DNA of 62,438 nt, the filler included, from an uncultured bacterium (GTDB taxonomy: Bacteria > Hinthialibacterota > Hinthialibacteria > Hinthialibacterales > Hinthialibacteraceae): the NCBI GenBank assembly GCA_964449065.1. It is 17 parts of 17 records of this genome, joined end to end, with 100 filler letters (N's around TTAATTAATTAA, not from the genome) between each part and the next. Parts side by side here need not be neighbours in the genome. Positions count along the whole stretch, not along the records: positions 48,083 to 51,603 come from CAYVAZ010000449.1; positions 51,704 to 55,223 come from CAYVAZ010000450.1; positions 55,324 to 58,839 come from CAYVAZ010000451.1; positions 58,940 to 62,438 come from CAYVAZ010000452.1; 13 more parts are not named here. The stretch is one strand, 5' to 3'. Under the pieces are notes generated by a model. The model was not told the DNA's origin and did not search any database. It saw nothing but the letters and a program-made list of their open reading frames with translations. Shown piece by piece: positions 51,276 to 60,928 of the stretch; the stretch's first letter is position 1; every line of letters begins with the position of its first letter. A program made the position numbers and the translations under genes.

Positions 51276-51916
51276 GTTATTTTGGGTAGGCCTTCCCGAT
51301 CCGGATCGACGGTCCCGAAGGAATGAATCATCATCTCCCCAACTTTCGAAAGTTTTGCATTTCCGTCACTTTGGAAGCTCTAATCTTCAATCCTCTTCGT
51401 GGGGAATGCGGTATCCGCCGAAAACCGGTCCGATCGCCAACGCCGCATTGCAGTCCAAGCAGAAAATATCATTGATCTGATTTTCCTGTTTCTTTCTCAA
51501 TCGATTCAACGTCCGGAAGAACGATCAATTGGGAGACAGCGATTTTCCGTCTGTTTGGAACCCAGTGCGACTTGGGAGCGACAACGCTGCGCAAATGGAT
51601 CTGNNNNNNNNNNNNNNNNNNNNNNNNNNNNNNNNNNNNNNNNNNNNTTAATTAATTAANNNNNNNNNNNNNNNNNNNNNNNNNNNNNNNNNNNNNNNNN
51701 NNNAGTTAGAAAGCGTCCTTCAATCCCCCCTACCTCCCCTTAATCATGGAGAGCAACAAAGGCGAGGTTCCCGCCGCTCGCAAAGCGTGCCTTGGGAGGG
51801 CGAGACTCCCGCCGAGCCGGATGCATGCTTGAATTTCACTTGCAAATAGGATTGTTAAATTAGCGCGGCGATCTGTTTTTGGCAAACGGTTTCTCTCGCA
51901 ATGACAAAAGCTTCGT

Positions 51917-53161
51917 TCAACATTCCATACTCAGGATGGTTTCGGCATAGACTTGCGCGGTTTTGATGAGGGAATCCACGTTGCAATATTCCCCGCTGCT
52001 GTGGATACCGTCTCCTTCCACGCCGTAGCCTACCCCTGGGCATACTCCACTGTTGGTAAAAAAATGTAAATCCGTAAACGCGCCGAAAAGTTCGTATTTG
52101 GGCTTTTTGTTATAGACCGATTGCACCGCGTTGCCCACCGCTTGGCAGATGGGTTCGTTGATACCGGTTACCGCCGCGTCGTATTCATTTAAAACGTTGA
52201 CTTTCGCCGTTAATCCTTTCACGCCTTTCACACCGTTTTTGACGATCCGTTCGATTTCGGTTCTCACCGTTTTCACGTTTTCTTCCGGCAGCAGGCGGCG
52301 GTCGATGGTGAACATAAAGCGGTCCGGGATGGTGTTGACTTTAGAGCCGCCGCCGCTGACGCCGCCCAGCGTCATGGTGGGGTTGAGGTATTCTTTGTTG
52401 GAGATGGTGTGCCGGGTTTTGATTTCAGGAAACTTTTGTTTGAGGTTTTCAATCTCGTTTGCTATTTTCAGGCCGTACTCAAAGGCGTTCACCCCGGATG
52501 AAGGAGTGGAGCCGTGCCCGGCTTTGCCTTCGATGATGACTTCCATCCATAGAACGCCGCGGTGGCCGTAGGTGACCACATTGCCCATGCCGCCTTCGCA
52601 GACGATGACCGCGTCGGGATTGACGATGCCTTGATGCACCAGATAGCCCGCGCCGCATTCGCCGCCGGTTTCTTCATCGGCGGTGAAGGAGAGTTCCACG
52701 TTCCATGCCGGTTTGATACCGCTTTCCATGAGGGCTTTTACGGCAAAGAGGGAAGCGGCTAGGCAGCCTTTCATATCGCAGGTGCCGCGGCCGTAGAGTT
52801 TGCCGTCACGCTCAACCGGTTTGAATGGGTTGGTTTGCCAATCGGGTGAGACGGGGACAACATCGTAGTGGCTGTTAAGATGTATGGTTTGTCCGGCGCC
52901 GACATTCCAAAAACAGATCAGGTTATAGCGCGGGTATTTCCAGGTATCTTGCGGCAAATGATATTTTTGATGCGGAAGCGGAACCCGGATTTTATAGGCT
53001 TTCAGCCCGGCATTCTTGGCGCTCTTTAAGAGAAAATCCATGCACTCGCTATACTGCTCACCGGGTGGATTCACCGTTTTGAACGCGCATAAATCCTTGG
53101 TGAATTTGATGAGATTCTTTCGGTTTTTGTGCAAATAATTCTGTACGGCTTGGTTTGTCAT
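51917..53161 (-). CDS. M20 metallopeptidase (ArgE/DapE family)
   Basis: NSHYDVVP, GRGTCDMKG, DEETGG, GIHS. Confidence 0.9.
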   Translation of the reverse strand: MTNQAVQNYLHKNRKNLIKFTKDLCAFKTVNPPGEQYSECMDFLLKSAKNAGLKAYKIRVPLPHQKYHLPQDTWKYPRYNLICFWNVGAGQTIHLNSHYDVVPVSPDWQTNPFKPVERDGKLYGRGTCDMKGCLAASLFAVKALMESGIKPAWNVELSFTADEETGGECGAGYLVHQGIVNPDAVIVCEGGMGNVVTYGHRGVLWMEVIIEGKAGHGSTPSSGVNAFEYGLKIANEIENLKQKFPEIKTRHTISNKEYLNPTMTLGGVSGGGSKVNTIPDRFMFTIDRRLLPEENVKTVRTEIERIVKNGVKGVKGLTAKVNVLNEYDAAVTGINEPICQAVGNAVQSVYNKKPKYELFGAFTDLHFFTNSGVCPGVGYGVEGDGIHSSGEYCNVDSLIKTAQVYAETILSMEC

Positions 53162-53165
53162 TTGC

Positions 53166-55223
53166 CTATCCTGTATGGGTTTGACGTTTCCACGATACGT
53201 ACAACAAAAAAATGGTTCCTATAAGAGTTATACATCCTATACCGCATCCAAGATAAAAGAATGTTGGTACGTATTTCAATATGACGTCCGTATTTCCACT
53301 TGGTATTTGGACGGCCATGAAAGCGTGATTGGCTTTGTGGATTTTTTGCTTACTGCCGTTTATGTATGCGTTCCAAAACGGCGAGAAATTTTCGGCAATC
53401 ACCAGCCACGCATTTTCTGAGGATTGCGTTTGTATACTGATCTCATCCGAATACCTGCGTTCCATATTTAAAACATCCGCGGTTAGCGTTTTTCCATCCT
53501 GATTTGAAGGATCGTTGCTTCTTTCCGGAATGAGAACATCTCTTTTTGATTGTTGCAATGTTTTCACTTCTTCAATGTATTGTTCCCAATTTTCATGGGG
53601 AGAGATTTTGTTTGTGATATAGGCCGGATACGTCACTTCAGGATTGTTGTAAATGGGCGCGTAGGGATGATCCTTCACCAGCTGCAAGCCAAAATCCTCA
53701 CGCTGAACCACATTCATTTGTAAGGTGACCAAATGGATGTTCGGAACCGTGAGTTCAATGGAGATTTGTTCGGCGGGTTCGTCACTGCTTATATTATAAA
53801 TCGCGTGGAATTGTTTGATTTGGGTGTAGCCTTCCAGTGAGGGGATGGGGAACCAGCGGTAGACGTTGGCTTCTTTGTGGGCGGCATAGCGTCCCTGGCG
53901 TTTTGTTATGTAGTTGGAGATGTGTTCGCCTGCATGGATGGGGAATTCTTGCAGCGTTTTGGTGCCGTTGTGGATCCGAACGGTACCGACTTGCGTTTGA
54001 TTGGGTACCTGGAAGGCGTTGGTCAGCAGCCAGCGGAAACTGATCTTTTTAAGCACGCTGGGCTGCGGCAGTTTGCTGCCGATTACGCCGGGCTCGTTCA
54101 ATACCGCGTTGCCGGAATAAATCATCTGCTGGCCGGGGTCTCCAATGAGATATTGTACGCCGAAAAAATCGAGCATCGGTTTGCTGATTTTTTGCAGGCG
54201 GATGATGCGGGTGGGATCGGAATTGGGGGGCACGCCGCTCCACGCGCGGACAAGTTCGCCGTAGCGTTTGGGGTACATGGGATCGTAGCCTTGGATATCT
54301 TTGATGCCGTGGACTTCGGGCAGGCGGTACATGTTGAAATCGTAGAGAAGAGGGGATCGTACATCGCTGAGGATATCGACGGTTGGCGAATAGGCTGCGA
54401 TTCGCCCTTTCGTGTTTTGGATATCCTCCAGCCTCTCTTCAGTAAAAAGATCATTTGGGCTAGCGGTTTGCAGAAAGAGCCGCTGGCTGTATTGCAGAGA
54501 TTGAAATAGCACCAATATGCACAGGCAAAATACTAACGCATGTTCTTTTAAGATTTTGTAAACGTAAAGTGTTAAACATATTCCCGTCATGCCGGCCCAG
54601 AAGCTAAAGTTGAAGCCTGCCCACGAAATTTCAGACAAAGAGCCCGGCTGGAAGGTGGACGTGAGGGCGGAATACCATAAGGTGTTGAATGTCCAAGGAT
54701 TGGTGCTTTGCCAAAGGCCGGTTAATCCCACAAATAGTATCGTGGTTAAAACCAACAGTTTCTTTTGCAGACGCGTGATTGCCTTTTGCTTTAAGAAGGT
54801 GTGCAACCCCACCGCGGCCATAATAGGAAGGATAATGGCACAGATCATCAAGGAGCGGTTGGGCAGGTTGAGAAATGACCAGCCGGGAACGCAATAATAG
54901 AATACGGGGAAAATGAGTCCCTGCGAGCCCGCGGTGCACAGGATGGCAAATAGAAAGGCTATGGCGAATCCATACCTGACCGGATTGGATAAACGTTTCC
55001 AGGCAGCGGGGACAAACAGAAGGGCGGTAATGCCGATGTAGCAGGTGCCTTCCCACGGGTCGCTGCGTTGGATACCCGGTTGGGCTAATCCTCCAAAGAA
55101 AGATTTCCACATATCCACCCATGGCAATGAACCGACCAAGGCGTCATCCAGCGGGATTTGCACACGCTGTGTCTCGGCTGAATAGATGGCGGCCGGGAGC
55201 CACATTCCGGCGGTGATCCCCAA
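53166..55223 (-). CDS. YfhO-like membrane protein (GT-C-like), 5' truncated
   Basis: Multi-TM; IQGYDP; LVIAENFSPFWNAYING...ANHAFMAV. Confidence 0.8.
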   Translation of the reverse strand: MGITAGMWLPAAIYSAETQRVQIPLDDALVGSLPWVDMWKSFFGGLAQPGIQRSDPWEGTCYIGITALLFVPAAWKRLSNPVRYGFAIAFLFAILCTAGSQGLIFPVFYYCVPGWSFLNLPNRSLMICAIILPIMAAVGLHTFLKQKAITRLQKKLLVLTTILFVGLTGLWQSTNPWTFNTLWYSALTSTFQPGSLSEISWAGFNFSFWAGMTGICLTLYVYKILKEHALVFCLCILVLFQSLQYSQRLFLQTASPNDLFTEERLEDIQNTKGRIAAYSPTVDILSDVRSPLLYDFNMYRLPEVHGIKDIQGYDPMYPKRYGELVRAWSGVPPNSDPTRIIRLQKISKPMLDFFGVQYLIGDPGQQMIYSGNAVLNEPGVIGSKLPQPSVLKKISFRWLLTNAFQVPNQTQVGTVRIHNGTKTLQEFPIHAGEHISNYITKRQGRYAAHKEANVYRWFPIPSLEGYTQIKQFHAIYNISSDEPAEQISIELTVPNIHLVTLQMNVVQREDFGLQLVKDHPYAPIYNNPEVTYPAYITNKISPHENWEQYIEEVKTLQQSKRDVLIPERSNDPSNQDGKTLTADVLNMERRYSDEISIQTQSSENAWLVIAENFSPFWNAYINGSKQKIHKANHAFMAVQIPSGNTDVILKYVPTFFYLGCGIGCITLIGTIFLLYVSWKRQTHTG

Positions 55224-55323
55224 NNNNNNNNNNNNNNNNNNNNNNNNNNNNNNNNNNNNNNNNNNNNTTAATTAATTAANNNNNNNNNNNNNNNNNNNNN
55301 NNNNNNNNNNNNNNNNNNNNNNN

Positions 55324-56405
55324 GCGCCTCCAGCAAGCCGCTGCTCATGCTGCTCCACCTGCTGGCCGCACTGCCACCGCTCATGCTCGCCTTCGCGCTC
55401 TGGCAAGGACAGCTGACCTATCCGCTCATGCTCGCCTATGGCATCGCCATGGGAACGGTCGGGGCGTTCATGATGCCCGCGCGCGATTCCATCCTCAATG
55501 AAGTGGTCGAAAGGCGGGTGCGCGTCGGCTCCGGCGTCACGTTGCAGCAGGGCGTGGCCTTTGCCACCGTCGCACAGTTTGCCGCACAAATCATCGGCCT
55601 GATCCTGGCAGGCTACGCCGACAAGGCGACGCGCATGCCGGATTTCCTGGGGGGATTTTCCGTCGGACCGATCGAGAGCTGGCGACTGCTGGCCGCGCAG
55701 GGCGCTGTCGTGGCCGCCGGCGTGCTGGGAGCGCTGCTGCTCGCCCAGGGACGTCGGGTGAGGACCGGGCGGTCCGGCATCATGGCGGCCTTCGGCGACA
55801 TTGCCGACGGCTTCCGCGCCGTGCGCGCCGATCCCCATCTCTGGGCGATGACCGCGCTGATGTTCGGCGTCGGCGTCTTCGTGATCGGCTCATTCCTCGT
55901 CGTGTTGCCGATCATCAACCGGGACATTTACGGCCTCGGTTCAGACGGCATCCGCGACATGTTCGTGACCTTCTGGTTCGGTGCGTTCGTGTCATCGGTG
56001 GCGCTGTCGGTGTTTCGGAACGTGAAGCGCCCGGGCCGGCTGCTGCTGGCGGCACAGCTCATCGGCTCGCTCGCCATATTGCTCGTGCTCTATGACATCC
56101 CGCACTGGGCGTTTCTGTGCGTTGTGTTTGTCTGGGGACTGGCGGCGGGCGTGTCCATCGCGACCTCCCGCTCCATCGTTCAGAAGGCCGCGCCGAAGAA
56201 ACAGCTCGCCCGCGTGCTGTCCATCTACCAGCTCGGATTCATGGCAGGCGCGCCCTTCGGGGCGTTCATCATGGGCACGCTGACCGATCTGATCGGCCCG
56301 CACCTCGTCGCCGTGGTGCCCGCGGTCGGCATGACGATCCTGATCGTATGGATGATCCTCGGCACGCCGATCTGGAACATCAAGGTCGAGCGCGTGAAAG
56401 GTTGA
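55324..56405 (+). CDS. MFS transporter (5' truncated)
   Basis: Multi-TM, PARDSIL, ARVLSIYQL. Confidence 0.88.
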
Positions 56406-56425
56406 GTGTTACACGCCCACAGCCG

Positions 56426-57250
56426 TCAGAGGTCCCGCCAGCTCACCTTCATGCCGAGGCTCGCGAAGACATCGTCCCAGTAGCGTCGCAGCTCACCGCG
56501 CTGCACATCGTTCCAGCCCGGACGCGGTATGAGTCGGATCTCCAGTTGTACGTCCATCAGGTTGTTGCCGAACCGGTCGCGCACCGTTTTCGCCACATCC
56601 GCCGAGACCGGCATGTTGGCTGGCAGTGCGCCCCTCCCGGCGCCGTAAATGGTGAAGAGCGAGGAGTTCTGCAGCATGTCGGAGACGAGCACGAGCTTGC
56701 GCGCTGGTGCTTCGGTCGAGAAGGCCTCGGTCTGGCCGAGACGGGCGACCGCTTCAAGGATCGGGCTTGCGGGGGCCTCGCGCGGCTCGACCAGATCTGA
56801 GAGCACCTCATTCATCGGCCCCTCGAATTTCGCCCGGTAGCGCTCCTCAATGATTTTCGGGTTCTGGAACAGCGGATTGACCTGCTTGCCGCGTCCCGGA
56901 TTGCAGAGCGAAAGCTCGCCGCGCGGATTGAACTCACCCTTTTCGTCCAGCTCAAACAGGGTGAAGCGTTCACCGACCGCCAGCTCGTCACGCGTGCGCT
57001 CGATGGCCATGCGGATGAAGGTGACCTCTTCCTCGGTGTACTCGTCGGTCTTGTCGAGAATGACGGCCGTGTGCGCCGGCAGCTCATCGGAAATCTCGCA
57101 GAGTGTCAGTTCGTCATAGGGTTCGGGCTGCAGTGACCAGACCAGCCAGCCCGTGATCGCCACCGCCGCAATGACGAGGGCGAAATTGATGATCGCCTGA
57201 CGCTGCTGCTTCTGCTTGCGGCGACCCCTTGAGCGCTTCCGGCGTGCCAT
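56426..57250 (-). CDS. Membrane-anchored hypothetical protein with VWA-like motifs
   Basis: Single TM; VILDKTD, SPILEA, LVLVSDMLQNS. Confidence 0.7.
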   Translation of the reverse strand: MARRKRSRGRRKQKQQRQAIINFALVIAAVAITGWLVWSLQPEPYDELTLCEISDELPAHTAVILDKTDEYTEEEVTFIRMAIERTRDELAVGERFTLFELDEKGEFNPRGELSLCNPGRGKQVNPLFQNPKIIEERYRAKFEGPMNEVLSDLVEPREAPASPILEAVARLGQTEAFSTEAPARKLVLVSDMLQNSSLFTIYGAGRGALPANMPVSADVAKTVRDRFGNNLMDVQLEIRLIPRPGWNDVQRGELRRYWDDVFASLGMKVSWRDL

Positions 57251-57253
57251 GGA

Positions 57254-58522
57254 TCAGTTCTCTCCCGGGCGGCTGAAACGTTTTGCGCGGGTGATGGCGT
57301 CGACAATGTCCTGATCGAGCGCGAACTCATCGCTCAGGATTTCACGCGGCGTGGCCAGCAGGGCCTGCGCAAAGGCGACCTTCTGTTTCAGCGCCGCCTC
57401 GAGCGCGACTTCCTCGTCAAGGTCCATGGGCTTGTAGCCACTGCCCCTGAGCCCTGCATCCTCGATATGCTTGCCGGCGAACACTTCGCGTGCCTCGTCG
57501 ATCATGTCGGGCACGGCGTCGTAATAATCGTCGAGGGCGAATTGCAGGTCCTGGCGCGCTTTCTCGAACTGGCGGGCGGCATCAGACAGTCCCGGATAAG
57601 TCGCATCGGCCCCGCGACCCTCAAAGGCGGCGAGCGCAGAGATGGCGAGGCCGAGCGCGAACAGGATCATGGCGTCCAGAGAGTGCAGCGCGAAGGGCCT
57701 GCACATCGCATAGGTCGCCGCCGAGCCGATGTCGCGTCCGATCTCGGACTGGATGATGTTCGCGCAGACCTCCTCGCTGATCAGGAAGCGCGGGAATGAC
57801 GCGGGATGTTCCTGAAGCTTCGTCCATTCGACATCGCTCATGCCGAGGGCCTGCAGGTCGATAAGATTGCGATAATGCGCCGCCGAGAGGTTCACCAGCA
57901 ACACAATGATGAGGCCGAGAATGATGGCGAGAAAGCCGAAGAGCTTGTAATAGTTGCGCCGGTCCCACTGTCCGGGCTTCCATGTGCCAACCGGGGTCGC
58001 AGCGTGTCGAAGGCCCCAATAGCCGATGATGAAGAAGCTGACCGAGACATTGGCGAGTGACACCGCAGCGGCCTGGAAGAGACCGCCTGAAAGGCCGAAT
58101 TCCGATTGCTGGGCGAAGAAGTAGGCGTTTGCCGCGCTCTCGAACAGCACAAGCAGCGCAATGACGGAGAATTGCAGCAGACGGACTTCGGGGTGATCCG
58201 ACACCGAATGCACGCCCTTTTTCGGAACCCGGCCGAGCTTCAGCTTGGACACATGCTTGCGATCCACAACCGGCTCGTTATCGGTGCCCAGCTTGCCGGA
58301 TGCATCGATCTCCGCGAAACCCTTGCTGCGGGCATTTCGTGCCTCATCGTCCTCGGGATTGCGGTCGGAACCGCCGAGCTGCCGGAAGCGATAGAAGCTG
58401 AGCATCGACCGGGCCGCATAGTCGGCCTGTACGACCACTTCGTCATACTCCGCCGACGGCCGTCCGGCAAAATAGCCAACAAGATTCTGGCGCGCCTCGC
58501 GCGACGACTGATCTGCCATCAA
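57254..58522 (-). CDS. Hypothetical multi-TM protein
   Basis: About 4 TM segments; 3 bp from the downstream gene. Confidence 0.7.
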   Translation of the reverse strand: MMADQSSREARQNLVGYFAGRPSAEYDEVVVQADYAARSMLSFYRFRQLGGSDRNPEDDEARNARSKGFAEIDASGKLGTDNEPVVDRKHVSKLKLGRVPKKGVHSVSDHPEVRLLQFSVIALLVLFESAANAYFFAQQSEFGLSGGLFQAAAVSLANVSVSFFIIGYWGLRHAATPVGTWKPGQWDRRNYYKLFGFLAIILGLIIVLLVNLSAAHYRNLIDLQALGMSDVEWTKLQEHPASFPRFLISEEVCANIIQSEIGRDIGSAATYAMCRPFALHSLDAMILFALGLAISALAAFEGRGADATYPGLSDAARQFEKARQDLQFALDDYYDAVPDMIDEAREVFAGKHIEDAGLRGSGYKPMDLDEEVALEAALKQKVAFAQALLATPREILSDEFALDQDIVDAITRAKRFSRPGEN

Positions 58523-58700
58523 CCACCTCCGTGGATCGTTTCGTTAGCGGATCGGCGGCAAACTGGCCAGCGTCCAGATGCAGAACGTATTGTGTTCAGT
58601 ACAGTTGCAGCGCGCACGCGTCACCACACCAAGCTACGGCTCCAAGGGCCTGCCGCAGCGTCATCTTTTCGGCTGCGGCGGCGGAGGCTATCCTGCAAAA

Positions 58701-58839
58701 ATGACAGATCTGTCTTTCCCCTCGCCCACCACGCTTGCCATCCCTGCCTTCGTGGCACTGGTGGCGCTGGAGTGGTGGGCGGTGAAGACTCAAAGGGCAA
58801 GAGGCCGCTACACGACGGTCGATTCCATCACCTCGATGA
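58701..58839 (+). CDS. Sterol desaturase / fatty-acid hydroxylase family, N-terminal fragment
   Basis: LAIPAFVALVALEW...YTTVDSITSM. Confidence 0.6.
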
Positions 58840-58992
58840 NNNNNNNNNNNNNNNNNNNNNNNNNNNNNNNNNNNNNNNNNNNNTTAATTAATTAANNNNN
58901 NNNNNNNNNNNNNNNNNNNNNNNNNNNNNNNNNNNNNNNTTTTTTTCATGGTAACCAGCTTATATTTTAATCCATTCTCTTGGTTTGGCAAT

Positions 58993-59030
58993 AAAAATCC
59001 CCCTTAAGAGATCCTTCTCAAGGGGGATAG
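58993..59030 (-). terminator. Probable terminator of hcp
   Basis: ATCCCCCTT...AAGGGGGAT hairpin with T-run on the minus strand. Confidence 0.6.
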
Positions 59031-59050
59031 GATTCTGTACCGATTTCACA

Positions 59051-60694
59051 TTACCCCAAAATCGTGGCTAAATCTTCCTCGGCGGTTTTGATGGGTTGGA
59101 TGTTGAATTTTTCGACCAGCACATTTAAAACATTGGGGGTGACGAACGCAGGCAGGTTTGGCCCCAGGCGGATGTCTTTGACGCCCAAGTGCAGCAGGGC
59201 CAACAATACGCAGACCGCTTTTTGCTCGTACCACGAGATGATCAGCGAGAGCGGCAGGCCGTTTACATCCGTGCCGAAGGCGTCTGCCAAGGCTTGCGCC
59301 ACTTTGATGGCGGAGAACGAATCGTTGCACTGCCCCATATCCAAGCGGCGGGGGATGCCGCCAATGTCGCCCATTTCCACATCCAGCACCCGGAACTTGC
59401 CGCAGCCCATCGTGAGGATTACGCAGTTGTCCGGCATTTTTTCCGCCATTTCGGTGTAGTAGTTGCGCCCTACCTCAGCGCCGTCGCAGCCGCCGATGAG
59501 GAAAAAGTGTTTGATCTGTCCGCCTTTGACGGCATCGATGACTTGATCGGCTACTCCAAGCACGGCGTTGTGGCCGAAGCCGACCGTGCGGTATTGTTCG
59601 GGGCTGTCTTCGGTAAAGCCTTCGCATTCGAGCGCCTTTTCAATCGCGGGGGTGAAATCTTGATCGCCGATGTGGGTGACACCCGGCCAGGCAACCAATC
59701 CGCTGGTAAAGATGCGGTCTTTGTAGCTGGAGAGCGGCTCTTGGATACAGTTGGTGGTCATGACAATCGCGCCGGGGAACTTGTCGAACTCGGATTTCTG
59801 ACGCATCCACGCCCCACCGTAATGACCGGCGAAATGCGGGTATTTTTTCAGTTCCGGGTAGCCGTGCGTGGGCAGCATTTCGCCGTGGGTATAAACGTTG
59901 ACGCCTTTGCCTTCGGTTTGCTTGAGGATGGCTTCCATATCCTTGAGATCATGGCCGGAGACGACCAGGGCTTTGCCTTTGATGCCGCCCATACGCACTT
60001 TGGTGGGCGTGGGATGGCCATAGGCTTCGGTGTTGGCTTCATCCAACAGAGCAAGTACTTTGACGGAGGCTTCACCGCACTCGAGATTCATGGCGAGCAG
60101 TTCATCCACGGTCGGGTTGGATTTCGTGAGATAATCCAGCGCTTTGTGGAAAAAAGCGTAGACGCTGTCGTCATCCTTGCCGAGCACGTGGGCGTGATCC
60201 ATATACGCCGCGCAGCCTTTAACGCCGTAGGTGAGCAGTTCCTGCAAGCCGGTGAGGTCGGCGCCGATGGATTCGATGCGTTTGAGGATAGAGACGCTTT
60301 CGCCCTGGCGGATGAGTTCATCCAAGTCGTCAACGGGCATCCACGCGGCGGGGCCGGCGAGCGATTCGGGCTGCCGCCCAGCTTTTTGGCAGGCGTCTTC
60401 ATACACTTGCTTGGCGCGGTTGCGGACATCCACCCCTTTTAGAATGATCTCTTTGATGCGTTCGGGATCAAAGTTGACATTGGTGACGGTGGTGAACAGG
60501 GCTTCGACGATGTAGATATCAACTTCGCGGTCTTGCGCTCCTAATTGGATGGCGCGGTGAGCGTACATCGAAATGCCCTTGGTGACATAGACCAATAAAT
60601 CCTGTAGGGCGGCGGTTTCTTGGTTTTTTCCACAAATACCCAATAGGGTGCATCCGGTCCCGTGTGACGTTTGTTCGCATTGATAACAAAACAT
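59051..60694 (-). CDS. hcp: Hybrid cluster protein (hydroxylamine/NO reductase)
   Basis: MFCYQCEQT..GC...GICGK, SGHDL, YTHGEMLP, TTNC, GGCDG, GQCNDS, SWYEQKAV. Confidence 0.97.
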   Translation of the reverse strand: MFCYQCEQTSHGTGCTLLGICGKNQETAALQDLLVYVTKGISMYAHRAIQLGAQDREVDIYIVEALFTTVTNVNFDPERIKEIILKGVDVRNRAKQVYEDACQKAGRQPESLAGPAAWMPVDDLDELIRQGESVSILKRIESIGADLTGLQELLTYGVKGCAAYMDHAHVLGKDDDSVYAFFHKALDYLTKSNPTVDELLAMNLECGEASVKVLALLDEANTEAYGHPTPTKVRMGGIKGKALVVSGHDLKDMEAILKQTEGKGVNVYTHGEMLPTHGYPELKKYPHFAGHYGGAWMRQKSEFDKFPGAIVMTTNCIQEPLSSYKDRIFTSGLVAWPGVTHIGDQDFTPAIEKALECEGFTEDSPEQYRTVGFGHNAVLGVADQVIDAVKGGQIKHFFLIGGCDGAEVGRNYYTEMAEKMPDNCVILTMGCGKFRVLDVEMGDIGGIPRRLDMGQCNDSFSAIKVAQALADAFGTDVNGLPLSLIISWYEQKAVCVLLALLHLGVKDIRLGPNLPAFVTPNVLNVLVEKFNIQPIKTAEEDLATILG

Positions 60695-60739
60695 AATTCT
60701 TACCTCCAATAAATCGGTTTTTATTCGATGAGTTTTCAA

Positions 60740-60762
60740 AAGATGTAATCCAAATACATATT
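60740..60762. promoter_or_regulatory. Putative NsrR/Rrf2 operator upstream of hcp
   Basis: AAGATGTAATC-C-AAATACATATT versus 11-1-11 consensus AAGATGYATTT-N-AAATRCATCTT. Confidence 0.65.
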
Positions 60763-60928
60763 AACATAAAACTATAAATTTGTCTAGTTATAAACATAAC
60801 GATTTATGTTATTATTTGGATTTTCTGTGTCTTAACAGGGGAGGTTGTCTATGCTACCTTTACGGAGTGATTATCAAGAGAAAGGGCTTTCCCTTTCAAA
60901 ACCGAATAGAAAGAGCAAAGAGACCATT

